DNA from: Candidatus Poribacteria bacterium
Lineage (GTDB): Bacteria > Poribacteria > WGA-4E > PCPOR2b
Assembly (NCBI GenBank): GCA_965198175.1
Contig: OZ240245.1
Span: 2,816,001 to 2,880,000, forward strand
Direction: 5' to 3'
Length of the DNA stretch: 64,000 nt
Shown: piece by piece, positions 1-10,284 of the stretch
How the letters are laid out: the number at the start of each line of letters is the position of its first letter
Numbering within the stretch: the stretch's first letter is position 1
Made by a program: the position numbers and the translations under genes
Notes under the pieces: model-generated
Told to the model about the DNA's origin: nothing
The model's input: the letters and a program-made list of their open reading frames with translations, nothing else
Database searches by the model: none

Positions 1-345
1 TGCGTTTGTCACTGTCGCAATTGCTAATGCAGATTTGGCGTCATTGCGTAAAACATTTACCCCAATGGGTATCTCGGGATGGCGGTCTCGAAGTTCGTTG
101 ATAATGATTGCCATAGTCGCAACGGTGGGTGCTTCTACACGATCCGGAAAAAACGGCGCATCTCCGTAGTTTTCAATGATAATCCCGTCAATTCCATTGT
201 CAATCAGCGCTCTAGCGTCAGCCAATGCACGCGCTCGAATGTTACTTAATGGGGATGTCGGACCCGGACTACCAAGCAGTGGGGGTAGGTGAACAACACC
301 AACGATTGATTTGGTATGGCTGAAGAGGCAATTGATTCCTTGCAT
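1..345 (-). CDS. BtpA/SgcQ family TIM-barrel protein (partial, runs off window)
   Basis: Manual translation from ATG at 345: MQGINCLFSHTKSIVGVVHLPPLLGSP...DGIIIENYGDAPF...IGVNVLRND, typical BtpA motifs; absent from the ORF track. Confidence 0.85.
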   Translation of the reverse strand, partial: MQGINCLFSHTKSIVGVVHLPPLLGSPGPTSPLSNIRARALADARALIDNGIDGIIIENYGDAPFFPDRVEAPTVATMAIIINELRDRHPEIPIGVNVLRNDAKSALAIATVTNA

Positions 346-479
346 AACTGTTCATTACAATCGGCTTCTCAGCGATTGGATGAATCAACCTAAGCGGAAA
401 CTAATACCCACATCAATATCTATGATTCCCCTGATGACGGCGGGAAGCAAAGTTCCTTTGTACGACGCATTGCTAGAAC

Positions 480-1331
480 TCATTCCGATTCCGGAAATTT
501 CCAAATCTGAAGAGCGGTTTTTCCCAAGATCCATTCCAAATCCTCTGGTGTGAAGAAGTCCATTTCGTCTCGCACGACAGACAACGTCTGCGGATAAGTG
601 GCAGCGTTCAGACAAACCGGCCAATCCGTCGCCCACATAATCCGCCGTCCACCGAACGTGTGGTATACCTTTTTTACCATATCGTGCGTATCAACCCAAG
701 GATAAGAGGTCTTCGAAAGCCACCAGGTGTGACTAATTTTCACATGTACTTTCGGAAATACTGCTAGATTCAGCAGATGGTGCAAATGATCCGGTCGATC
801 AATGGCACAGTCCGCCATGTGATCGACGACCATGTTAAGGTCGCTGTGACGCTCTAAGATTTTCGCCAACTCTGGCAATCGATCTGGTGCGGCATTTTCT
901 GATCCGTGTTTTTTGGTGACAAGCAACATCGGAACACCTAGTTCTTCAGCGCGATTAAAGATTCTCTCCGTTAACTCACCTCTGTACCAGGCGCCAGTAG
1001 CGCCCGCGGCTGGACTCAAACGCACGCCATGGAAACCGAATTCTTCTGTCCAGTAACTAAGATGATCAGGCGCATCAGGGTCTTTAGGGTTTACACGACA
1101 GACGCCCATAAATTTATCCGGATAAGTTTTCATCGCATGTGCAGTATAGCTGTTGTCCCAACGATAGTGAATTGACTGTACCAATGCGGTCCTCTCAATA
1201 CCGTTCGCCGCCATCAATTCGATCAACATCTCTGGCGTAGCGTCATCAATGGGTGGGTTGGTTGTCTCTACCGCCCAAGGGAATCGGGAATCGTTTTTCC
1301 AAACGTGAACATGGGGATCGATAAATCTCAT
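480..1331 (-). CDS. Amidohydrolase family protein (Amidohydro_2, lactonase-like)
   Basis: IDPHVHVW metal motif, GVRL, VVDHMA, WATDWP. Confidence 0.88.
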   Translation of the reverse strand: MRFIDPHVHVWKNDSRFPWAVETTNPPIDDATPEMLIELMAANGIERTALVQSIHYRWDNSYTAHAMKTYPDKFMGVCRVNPKDPDAPDHLSYWTEEFGFHGVRLSPAAGATGAWYRGELTERIFNRAEELGVPMLLVTKKHGSENAAPDRLPELAKILERHSDLNMVVDHMADCAIDRPDHLHHLLNLAVFPKVHVKISHTWWLSKTSYPWVDTHDMVKKVYHTFGGRRIMWATDWPVCLNAATYPQTLSVVRDEMDFFTPEDLEWILGKTALQIWKFPESE

Positions 1332-1381
1332 TTTTGTTTTTCTCTACGTTGTTGCGTGATATCTAGAAAAACTCGCAAGTG

Positions 1382-1418
1382 AAAAAAAACACCTCAACCC
1401 GTTAAGTTGAGTTGAGGT
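1382..1418 (-). terminator. Intrinsic terminator
   Basis: Minus strand ACCTCAACTC-AACTTAAC-GGGTTGAGGT stem-loop followed by G and T8. Confidence 0.75.
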
Positions 1419-1554
1419 AATTCGGTTCGGAAGCGGATGTTCAACGCTGTCTGTGTATCCTCAAAATGCCGTTCGGATTTTGGAACGCGACTCACGTCAT
1501 TGATGGTGGTAAAGATGCCTGCGATGGCATCTAACTTATCCTTGCCCACCCACG

Positions 1555-1589
1555 ACTGACCGCTAACAACTGACCACTGATGGCTGATA
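1555..1589. repeat. Degenerate heptamer tandem repeat (ACTGACC-type)
   Basis: ACTGACC GCTAACA ACTGACC ACTGATG GCTGATA; related arrays at 43097 and 44565. Confidence 0.6.
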
Positions 1590-1633
1590 TCGGAGAACTC
1601 TTCGACATCGCATCGTTATTTTAAGCAATACGC

Positions 1634-3190
1634 TCAAGACGAGTTCTCCAACTGCGTTAACGAATTCTCCTGGGCCGTGAGATAGGCGTTCGGGGCATGA
1701 TACAAAGCACCCTCCGGAAGCCACTCCCCTAACGCCCCTAAACTCTTTCGTATGCGCTCCACATAGAACCGTGGAACTTCTGTCGTCTCCCTCTCAAAGA
1801 AAGGCCGGAACTGAGGGTCCTCATCTAGCCGCCGACGGATTTCGCGGTAGTACTTCAGTTGTTCATACCATGGCAGGACACGGACAACATTCACCCATCG
1901 GGGGATGAAGGCGTGAATCGCCTTGTAACTTCTAAAGAGGTTCTCCCATGAAATGTTGTGTTCAATCAAATCAATGACATTATCGTAAAACTCATCCCAA
2001 GCATAGTTTTTCGGCTTGATATTCATCCCACGCTTGCTGTCAAGGAAATGAAACGGAAAGGGTAAAACCCTGTTTGCACGTTGATACTCAAGGTTGATAG
2101 GTGCCGCCTGTCCATACGCTGTCAGTAGCAAATAGGCAGGATAGGCACCAGGTGTCATCTCTAGGAAGAGTTTCGTGAGTTCAAACGGCTCTGCCCCTTC
2201 GTCAATATCAAGTCCGAACACGAAGTTGGTTTGAACGTAGGGAACGTATCTCAGAATCATGTTAACCTGCTCCGAGACCTGTCGAACTTTATCAATTCCC
2301 TGATGCTTTCCCGTTTTCGATTTGTTACCAAAGTCCTGCCACGACTCAATTCCAGGCAGCAGCGCCTTAAATCCGTTTCGCTTAAGCCGTTTCATGTGCG
2401 GTTCCGATAGGAGAGACAGACTGCTTTCGGCGACGAAATCCATACTATCCGGCGGCACTGCATCTTCGATTGCAGACAGGTAATCATCGAATCGGATACC
2501 AAAATTCGGATCGTGCCATCCGACAATGGGACGCCTAAACTTCCGTAAGAGGAAACGTAGGTCTGCCTTGATGAAATCAAAGTCCAGAGGTTGATAGGGA
2601 ATAACTGAATCAATACAAAAACTACAAGTGTACGGACAGCCCATGCTGCCGAGCATCGGAACAGCCTTAATCAACGGAGCTTTGCGGTGCGTGAGTTCTA
2701 TGAATTTCCAACGCTCTTGCACGCTGGGCAGCGTCCCCGGTTGTCTGTTCGCTGAGAGGTGGACACCGATAGGCCGGTGCGGAGAACAGTCTTGCAAAAG
2801 ATCCCGGATGATGTCTCTGTCAGTGAAACCCAGAACGTAATCGAAATACTTTTGGGCATCTTGAGGATAGCAGCGAGCATGAGGGCCACCAAGGGCAGTA
2901 ACTGCGCGTTGGGATCGGAAGAGGTTGCTCAACGCGTATGCCAGTTGAGCTCCCTGCGAAAATGTCCCTATGATAACGAGATCGAGCGTTGCAGGCAATT
3001 CCTCAATCGGATTCTCAAGACCGGTATAACAGACAAAAGTGACGTCATGTCCCTCTCCTTCACACCATACGGCAATAGATTGAGGCATGATGCTTACCAG
3101 ATTAGCGTGCATTGACCGCGCCCACAAATTTCGCGTAGGTCCTTTAGCAACAAGATCAAGGATACCAATTTGGAGTTTTCGCATAGTCAT
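1634..3190 (-). CDS. Radical SAM protein with B12-binding-like N-terminal domain
   Basis: GCPYTCSFC CxxxCxxC motif, upstream LGGPHA motif, GIES and FVFGLD. Confidence 0.85.
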   Translation of the reverse strand: MTMRKLQIGILDLVAKGPTRNLWARSMHANLVSIMPQSIAVWCEGEGHDVTFVCYTGLENPIEELPATLDLVIIGTFSQGAQLAYALSNLFRSQRAVTALGGPHARCYPQDAQKYFDYVLGFTDRDIIRDLLQDCSPHRPIGVHLSANRQPGTLPSVQERWKFIELTHRKAPLIKAVPMLGSMGCPYTCSFCIDSVIPYQPLDFDFIKADLRFLLRKFRRPIVGWHDPNFGIRFDDYLSAIEDAVPPDSMDFVAESSLSLLSEPHMKRLKRNGFKALLPGIESWQDFGNKSKTGKHQGIDKVRQVSEQVNMILRYVPYVQTNFVFGLDIDEGAEPFELTKLFLEMTPGAYPAYLLLTAYGQAAPINLEYQRANRVLPFPFHFLDSKRGMNIKPKNYAWDEFYDNVIDLIEHNISWENLFRSYKAIHAFIPRWVNVVRVLPWYEQLKYYREIRRRLDEDPQFRPFFERETTEVPRFYVERIRKSLGALGEWLPEGALYHAPNAYLTAQENSLTQLENSS

Positions 3191-3411
3191 TCGCTTCTTT
3201 CCGAGAAGTTTTTCTCAAATAACGTTAATTGGGCATGAAAAACAGACCGTTCCGCGTTAGAAAAAGAATGATTTGTAGGACGATAATGAGGTAACCGAAC
3301 ATGAATTTCAATGGATGGTTTTGTTTAAACCATCACCTGACTATCTCTTAAAGACACCTTTTTCGATCGAAATACGTGCATAAAAGGGAGGGATTCAGGA
3401 TCGACTACCGC

Positions 3412-4137
3412 CTAGTAAAGATAGTTTTCAGGCTGATAGCCGGATGGCTCGAGCACAACAATGACTGATCGATCATTTTCTGATTTAGGAATCGGAAATG
3501 TCACTGTGTGATGCCGAACATAGAAAATCGGATTACGCTGATGACGCCCAATAAACTCGCTAGCCGACACCATATTTCCTTTAACCGGCGGCAGGTAGTA
3601 GTGCATTGGAAAAATCCACTTCGGTTTCAGAATATCAAGCATCGGCTCGAGTTCATGTAGTTTAAGGGTGAGACTCTCGCCTACAATAGCAAGCAGCACA
3701 TCACACCGACCGATGAAGGGCGCAAGCTGCTCTGCATCAAGTTCGTATCCGAGGTCGCCCATGTGCAAGAACCAAAGGTCGTCTACTTTGAAGGCATACA
3801 GCGCATTGTCGTCGGCGCCTTCGGGATGATCCTCCGCCTCCGCCGCTTTGACCGTAACCAGAGGCTCACCGTTAATCGTTGCCACATCGCGACCTTCAGC
3901 CACAGCCAGCGCGTCGATTACGCGCGGCTTTCCCTCGTTGCCCTCAATGAGTTTGATGTAGGAGTGTCCCCTATCTGTGAGTGAACTCGCAATAACCGTG
4001 TCCGCTTTAAGCCGAAATTCGTTATTGCCTTGCAGACCCAGCGCCGAGGGCGTGTACGGATCCATAGCGATGGTGGGCTTTCCGTCCTCCCAGAGCCGGA
4101 AACAAGCGAGTCCAACCCATTCAAGCGAAACTGACAT
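3412..4137 (-). CDS. MBL-fold metallo-hydrolase (divergent)
   Basis: GLACF, MDPY, LHMGDLG, FPMHY; the HxHxDH motif is degenerate (SSLTDRGH). Confidence 0.75.
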   Translation of the reverse strand: MSVSLEWVGLACFRLWEDGKPTIAMDPYTPSALGLQGNNEFRLKADTVIASSLTDRGHSYIKLIEGNEGKPRVIDALAVAEGRDVATINGEPLVTVKAAEAEDHPEGADDNALYAFKVDDLWFLHMGDLGYELDAEQLAPFIGRCDVLLAIVGESLTLKLHELEPMLDILKPKWIFPMHYYLPPVKGNMVSASEFIGRHQRNPIFYVRHHTVTFPIPKSENDRSVIVVLEPSGYQPENYLY

Positions 4138-4151
4138 CGTTCACGCTCCTT

Positions 4152-5153
4152 TCATTCCTCTCCGAGACCACCCGCCCTTTCCATGCCAGCAACCTCCCAC
4201 CATTTGGCGCCGGGTGGCTTCTCAAGTACGAACGGCTTGAGGAAATCCACCGATTTCCTTAACCCTTCATCAAGGTCAAAATATTCCGATTCCATCTCAA
4301 CCGAAAGTACATGGTCATAGCCGATGAAGCGGAGCGTTGTGGCAAACTCGCGCCATTCTAACTCGGAGTGCCCCCACCCGACCAGAGTATATGTCCAAGA
4401 GCGATCCGCGGGCTGTTCAGGCGTGCTAGAGTCCGTGTTTCCTCGCAGTCGTGCATTGTGACCGTGGAAGGTGACGTCTTTTACGTGGACGTGCTGAATG
4501 AGCGGACCGAGGTAGCGTGCGGCTTCGATCGGGTCAATACCCTGATACCACAAGTGTGAAATATCGAAGTTGCAAGCAACAACTGGACCAATTTCATCGT
4601 GCAACCGTTTTACCGCGACCGGGTTGTGGATCATATCGCCGCCATGCATCTCAAAACACAACGTCACTCCGTGATCAGCAGCAATTTTCCCGTGCTCACG
4701 CCAGTAGGGGAGCAGTCGCTTTTCCCATTGCCATTCGAGGGTATCGCGCAGGAAAGGCCACTCGGCGAATGTAACCCAATTGGGAGCAGTATCTCCTTCG
4801 GCGCCTTCAGGCAACCCTGCCAGCAGTGTCATCCGCCTAATACCGGCTAACTCCATAAACTTCCAAGCCTGCCGAAGCTCCTGCGAGTACTTATCGGCGA
4901 CCTTCTTATTTGGCATGAGTGGTGCACCGTGCGCGCCCATTGCGCTGATTTCGAGACCATACCGTGCATACGTGTCACGCCATCGGTCTATCTCCCCCTT
5001 GTCCGCGAGGAGCTTCTGCGGATCACAGTATTTTCTCGCCCAGAGCCCCGCGATTCCAACCTCGATCGCCTGAAACCCCAGGTCTCGAGCATACTGCAAG
5101 CCCTCCTCGAATTCGAACTGCATCAAGTTCTGTGAAATCACTCCGAGTTTCAT
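4152..5153 (-). CDS. Sugar phosphate isomerase/epimerase (xylose isomerase-like TIM barrel)
   Basis: CFEMHG, NFDISHL, HVHVKD, LSVEME metal ligands. Confidence 0.88.
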   Translation of the reverse strand: MKLGVISQNLMQFEFEEGLQYARDLGFQAIEVGIAGLWARKYCDPQKLLADKGEIDRWRDTYARYGLEISAMGAHGAPLMPNKKVADKYSQELRQAWKFMELAGIRRMTLLAGLPEGAEGDTAPNWVTFAEWPFLRDTLEWQWEKRLLPYWREHGKIAADHGVTLCFEMHGGDMIHNPVAVKRLHDEIGPVVACNFDISHLWYQGIDPIEAARYLGPLIQHVHVKDVTFHGHNARLRGNTDSSTPEQPADRSWTYTLVGWGHSELEWREFATTLRFIGYDHVLSVEMESEYFDLDEGLRKSVDFLKPFVLEKPPGAKWWEVAGMERAGGLGEE

Positions 5154-5259
5154 GAAATTCTCCTTTCTCTCCTAATATCTGTTTCATTAAAATCTATAGC
5201 AGGCAACCTTCGAGTCGCCTACTTTCTGTCCTCCATAAGGCAGCGAGTAGGTAGGGGGA

Positions 5260-5682
5260 TTACTGACGGGTGCGGCGGAATGACTTGGGGCGTCCGAGAA
5301 TCTCGGACAGGATTATCCCTTGGCGCACAGTCTGCGGCGATAGAGAGATGCCGGCGATAGTATCCACTCCTGGCGGCTGTGCGCCGGAGCTACCTGCGTT
5401 GCTCGGATGAATCTCAGAATCATTTGTGGAATCTTCACGCTGGGATGGCGTTTCCAGTGGTTGAGGTTCCATAGGAGGCTCTTCGGATTTCACAGGCAGA
5501 GAGGGTTCATTTTCTTCCTCCACAAGCTCTGGATTGCCCCAGGGCGGTAGAAAAATTCCATTCTCTTCCTCATCAAGCACGTCCTCCGGTTCTGGTCGCC
5601 GCCGTTTCTGCCTCCGCATGACACTCAGCAACGTTATCAATAGGAGTATAATCACAGGAACAAATTGAAAAAAATCTTCCAT
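5260..5682 (-). CDS. Membrane-anchored acidic protein, YqfB-like
   Basis: N-terminal TM helix, low-complexity E/P linker, C-terminal RQGIILSEILGRP; last gene of the nfeD-floA operon. Confidence 0.65.
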   Translation of the reverse strand: MEDFFQFVPVIILLLITLLSVMRRQKRRRPEPEDVLDEEENGIFLPPWGNPELVEEENEPSLPVKSEEPPMEPQPLETPSQREDSTNDSEIHPSNAGSSGAQPPGVDTIAGISLSPQTVRQGIILSEILGRPKSFRRTRQ

Positions 5683-5755
5683 TGCTGTTTGCCTTTTCTA
5701 AAGCGTAATGTGTGAAGCTATACACTAAGACTAGCCATAGACAACCCCTAGCGCT

Positions 5756-6781
5756 TTACGAAACACCTAGTGAATGGGATGACCGCGTTGTATCACGATC
5801 GCCGCCAGGAACCGCGATGGATTGACGCATCTCCGTATCAGCAATGATGTTGCGGAGATTATAGTAATCCATAACATTCATTCTAGCCGACGCGAAAGCG
5901 TCTGCAATTCCACGAGGAACTTCGGCTTCAGCCTCAATGAGGTTGATTGTCATTTCTTCGACGAAGGCTTTGTTTTCTTCTTCTTCCGCTTGAGCTCTGG
6001 CGCGCCTTTCTTCGGCTTTAGCCCGAGCAATCTTTAACTCCGCTTGTGCTTGGTCCGTCTGCAACTTCGCCCCAACATTTTCGCCAACATTAATGTCTGC
6101 GATGTCAATGGATAAAATCTCGAAAGCCGTGCCGGCTGACAATCCTTTATCAAGGACAGTCTCCGAAATTCGTACAGGATTTTCCAGAACTTGTTTATGA
6201 CTGGTTGCAGATCCAATTGTCGTGATGATGCCCTCACCGACTCTGGCAATAATCGTCTCTTCCCCCGCACCGCCAACAAGCCGATCTATATTTGCTCTCA
6301 CTGTCACCCTTGCCTTTACAACGAGCTGAATACCATCACGTGCAACCGCAGTAATGCCGTGCCTATTGTCTTCTTTTGCAGGAATATCAATGATCTCCGG
6401 TGTGACGCTTACCTGTACGGCTTGCAATACATCTCGTCCAGCCAGATCGATGGCAGCTGCCCGCGCGAAGCCTAGCGTGATGTTAGCTTTATCTGCGACG
6501 ATTAGCGCAGCAACAAGACGTGCGACGTTGCCACCCGCGAGGTAATGCGCTTCCAGATTGTCGAGTGAGAGGTTTAGCCCAGCTTTCGTTGCATTAATCT
6601 GCGGGTCGATGATGCCTTTTGGCGGAACACGACGTAAACGCATGGCAATCAGCGTAAAGATTCCAACTCGAACGTTTGCGGCAATAGCGGTAATCCATAA
6701 ACGGACGGGAATGAAGGATATCAGAAAAATAAACCCTATGGCTACGATAACAGCTAGAAGGATAATTGGCAATGTCAACAT
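5756..6781 (-). CDS. floA: Flotillin-like protein FloA/YqfA, copy 1
   Basis: [42 protein letters not shown]. Confidence 0.92.
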   Translation of the reverse strand: MLTLPIILLAVIVAIGFIFLISFIPVRLWITAIAANVRVGIFTLIAMRLRRVPPKGIIDPQINATKAGLNLSLDNLEAHYLAGGNVARLVAALIVADKANITLGFARAAAIDLAGRDVLQAVQVSVTPEIIDIPAKEDNRHGITAVARDGIQLVVKARVTVRANIDRLVGGAGEETIIARVGEGIITTIGSATSHKQVLENPVRISETVLDKGLSAGTAFEILSIDIADINVGENVGAKLQTDQAQAELKIARAKAEERRARAQAEEEENKAFVEEMTINLIEAEAEVPRGIADAFASARMNVMDYYNLRNIIADTEMRQSIAVPGGDRDTTRSSHSLGVS

Positions 6782-6801
6782 CTGGAAAGCCTCCTTTAGA
6801 T

Positions 6802-7704
6802 TTAAGACGTTAAGTTTCCTTCTCTGAATGCAGTTGCGACAGCGCGAGGAACGGACGCTTCAGCTTCCACAACTCTCGCCCGCCTTTCTTGAACGTTCGC
6901 AGTCATCTCTTGCTTACGGGCGACCGCCATAGCCCGGCGCTCCTCCGCTTTTGCTTGGGCAATGACAAGATCAGCTTCTGCCTGCTCTGCCTGCAGTTCT
7001 GCACCGATATTCTTTCCAACGTTGACATCGGCGATATCAATAGAAAGAATTTCATAAGCTGTGCCTGAATCTAGCCCGCGATCAAGCACCGTCTTAGATA
7101 TAATGTCGGGATTTTCGAGGACATCTTCATACGTTTCTGAGGCGCCAATTGCGCTGATAATCCCTTCGCCGACGCGTGCGAGAATCGTCTCTTCACCCGC
7201 ACCACCAACGAGGCGGTTGATGTTTGCCCTAACGGTGATGCGAACAGTAGCAATCAGTTCAACTCCATCAAGAGCAACCGCACTAATCTGAGACGTTGTG
7301 ATAACGCGCGGATTGACACTCACTTGCACAGCATCTAGCACATCCCGGCCCGCTAAATCAATCGCCGTAGCGCGTTGAAAATTAAGGTCGATCTTTGCTT
7401 TATCCGCGGCAATTAAGGCATTCACAACTCGCAACACGTTTCCACCTGCCAAGTAGTGGGCTTCTAAACCAGGAGTAGAGACTGTCAGGCCCGCTTTGGC
7501 CGCGCTAACCTGTCCGTTGACAATCACATTGGGGTTCACACGACGTAAGCGCATCCCCACAAGATCGCTGACGATGCGAATACGCACACCCGCTGCCCGA
7601 GCCGCAATCCAAAGTCCAACAGGCACGAAATAAAAAAAGATGAATAAAAAAAACAGTATTACTACCGCGAAAATCGCAATAGTCAATTGTCCCATTTCTT
7701 CCAT
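6802..7704 (-). CDS. floA: Flotillin-like protein FloA/YqfA, copy 2
   Basis: Same signature motifs; start placed at ATG 7704 after AAGGAG; ends at FREGNLTS. Confidence 0.9.
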   Translation of the reverse strand: MEEMGQLTIAIFAVVILFFLFIFFYFVPVGLWIAARAAGVRIRIVSDLVGMRLRRVNPNVIVNGQVSAAKAGLTVSTPGLEAHYLAGGNVLRVVNALIAADKAKIDLNFQRATAIDLAGRDVLDAVQVSVNPRVITTSQISAVALDGVELIATVRITVRANINRLVGGAGEETILARVGEGIISAIGASETYEDVLENPDIISKTVLDRGLDSGTAYEILSIDIADVNVGKNIGAELQAEQAEADLVIAQAKAEERRAMAVARKQEMTANVQERRARVVEAEASVPRAVATAFREGNLTS

Positions 7705-7851
7705 GTCGAATCTCCTTACAATTACCAATGGCGCTACTGTGTGCCGGATCGAGCTACCCACATCCGGCATTTTGAACAGTGTCTGCGGACCAGATAACCC
7801 ACTCGCAGATTGGATCCGCCAAAAAGTGGCACCAACGGTTGCTCACATCAA

Positions 7852-8334
7852 TTACAAACTGCGGACGACAACACGATTGCTCTCAACAATAATCACTTCC
7901 ACTTCTGCATCGGTCTCGATGAATTCTCCACTTGTCACAACATCCACTCTCTGACCGTCGATTAACGCTGCACCGGCTGGTCTTAGAGGCGTAATTGCTT
8001 GACCGGATTTCCCAACTAGTTTTCCCAAATTCTGCGATGGAGCTTGAAAACCATCCACGCTCTTTTGAGCGGCGTCAAGAATAAAGGACTTTCCGAACCT
8101 TGTGCGAGGGGCAAGCCACAGCCCCAAAATTGCGATTGGAATGGTCACGATGACGGCACCGCCAGCGTACATCAACGCAGTTTCCCACCCAGACGATAAC
8201 CACACACTCCCCACACCAATGGCTATAAGCAAGATGCCCGACACACCAGCGACGGCAAAACCGGGGAGCAAGATAATCTCAATACATAAAAACAAAAGAC
8301 CTAAACCAATGAGGAAAATCGGTAACCACGACAT
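7852..8334 (-). CDS. Short NfeD family protein
   Basis: TM helices, EIILLPGF, TPLRPAG OB-fold. Confidence 0.88.
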   Translation of the reverse strand: MSWLPIFLIGLGLLFLCIEIILLPGFAVAGVSGILLIAIGVGSVWLSSGWETALMYAGGAVIVTIPIAILGLWLAPRTRFGKSFILDAAQKSVDGFQAPSQNLGKLVGKSGQAITPLRPAGAALIDGQRVDVVTSGEFIETDAEVEVIIVESNRVVVRSL

Positions 8335-8394
8335 AGGACTATATAGCGCCTAATATGATAGGGATTCTGTATCTCCTATCCTTGAATTCTTACT

Positions 8395-9924
8395 TCAGGT
8401 TTTATCTATAGCTTCAACAAAGATTTTAGAACCTTCAACATCAACAACCTTAACCGACGTTTCAGAGTCAATAAAATCTCCCACCGTAATTACATCAAGT
8501 CTTTTGTCTCCAAGCCGAACGGTTCCAGACGGGCGTAGCGGTGTGAGGGCAGTCGCAGTTTTCCCGAGATAACTCTGGAAATCGTCTCTTGATGCAGAAT
8601 GATATCCTAGTTGCGAGTCCATCGCTGTTTCCAGAACAAAACGATTCCATGCGCGAGTCTTAGGCAAGACATAAGCCAGTATTATCGAGAAACCAAAGGT
8701 CAATATAACCGATACAGACAGCCAGAAGAGCGCATCCTCAAGTTCGTAAGCGTTCTTGAAGATATACAAGACGCTGCCAAATATGAAAGCGACGCCCGAG
8801 ATTCCCGCGACGCCAAACCCCGGTATGACAAATATTTCTAGCAACAGCAATCCAACCCCGAGAACAAATGCGGTCGCAGCCCATTCCGCTTCAATTTGAA
8901 GAAGCATGTGACCACCGAAAAATAAGCCAAGACATAACAGTCCAAGTATTCCGGGGACTCCGAAACCAGGAGTCCGAATTTCCACAAATAGCCCGAGCGC
9001 TCCTAATGAAAGAAGGATGGAGCTAGCCCAAGGACTCGTGATAAAGAAAACAACCTTATCTGCCAGAGTGACCGAGACCTCTTGTATGATTCCCCCTTTG
9101 AGCGACTTGATTTCTCTCACTCTAGGGGTACCGAGTTCTATCTGTTTCTGTAGGACCGCTTCTTTCGTCAACGCTATCCTCGTTCCATCAATTTCGACTA
9201 TCTCGTACATCGCCAACAAATCTTCAATTGAATCTGCCTGTCCATCAGCTAAGTTATACCGTAATGCTTCTTCCGCCGTGAGAGTCAACAGTTCACCTTC
9301 ATCGCCACCAGCAACGATCACTTCCAATTCTTCTCCAGCCTTCTTTCTATCGTTATACTTCTCAGGTCTGATTGCCTCAATTTCTCCATTTTCTCCTCGT
9401 ACGAGATAGAGACGCTTATCCACCATGGCAGCGGCAACACCTGTATTTCTTCCTTGACGTTCCGCTGTTGATTTAATGGTTGCCCGGATGTAAGAAACGA
9501 CTTTCTCGCCGAGTTCTTCCCCTTGAATCGTGACCGGTGCAGCGTCGCCAATAGTTCCTCCTGATGCCATTACAATCTGGTCACATGCAAGGGAAATGAG
9601 CGCCCCCGCAGAGATTGCCTGTCGATTCACATACGCGATTGTTGGAATCTCAGTTTCCTGGATTGCGCGGACGATTTCAACAGCCGCATCAACACGACCG
9701 CCTGGGGTGTCAACATCAAAAATTATCGCATCTGCATTAACTTCCTCACTATCTCGGATACCGTTATTGATGTAGACGCTCAACCCTCTGCCAATCTCAG
9801 TTCGTATATTGATGATGTAGACATGCGCGTCGTCCTCAAAGGCAATCAACGCAGAAATTGACAACAAACTTCCCAGAAAGATAAGTGTGTAGGCGACAAT
9901 GCGCATGTTACTTTTCACAATCAT
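8395..9924 (-). CDS. Long NfeD (YqeZ-like) membrane protein with ClpP-like serine protease domain
   Basis: DTPGG, AISAG, EK motif, TM region, TPLRPSG OB-fold. Confidence 0.9.
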   Translation of the reverse strand: MIVKSNMRIVAYTLIFLGSLLSISALIAFEDDAHVYIINIRTEIGRGLSVYINNGIRDSEEVNADAIIFDVDTPGGRVDAAVEIVRAIQETEIPTIAYVNRQAISAGALISLACDQIVMASGGTIGDAAPVTIQGEELGEKVVSYIRATIKSTAERQGRNTGVAAAMVDKRLYLVRGENGEIEAIRPEKYNDRKKAGEELEVIVAGGDEGELLTLTAEEALRYNLADGQADSIEDLLAMYEIVEIDGTRIALTKEAVLQKQIELGTPRVREIKSLKGGIIQEVSVTLADKVVFFITSPWASSILLSLGALGLFVEIRTPGFGVPGILGLLCLGLFFGGHMLLQIEAEWAATAFVLGVGLLLLEIFVIPGFGVAGISGVAFIFGSVLYIFKNAYELEDALFWLSVSVILTFGFSIILAYVLPKTRAWNRFVLETAMDSQLGYHSASRDDFQSYLGKTATALTPLRPSGTVRLGDKRLDVITVGDFIDSETSVKVVDVEGSKIFVEAIDKT

Positions 9925-10284
9925 TATCTAAAACCCGCTTTCCCTCGTAGTATTATATCCTTGGCTAGCTTTGTTGTCAAGCGTTTTGAGACGCGAACTT
10001 CTCCAAACCCATACCGATGCCTCACGGGCAGACGCCCTGCTCATGCCGACGAAGTGACCATGTGCAATGATGGAAACACGACCTCCGTTGATTCGCCACG
10101 AGTTTTTGTTTTGGTTATAGCCGACGATTTATGCTATAATTGGGCTGTTGCCAACAGCGCCATTATCCACCACCAACTTGTGCTTGAGTAAGATACAGTA
10201 TAAGTAATACATCTCAAGGAGTGCGCCTCTGCGCAGCACTTCCGGCATAATACCTAGTGCTTGAATGAAGGAGTTTTCACCGAT

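Noticed and set aside
385..636. Small ORF between btpA and the amidohydrolase
   Set aside because: Mostly overlaps the amidohydrolase in another frame and has no recognisable motif.
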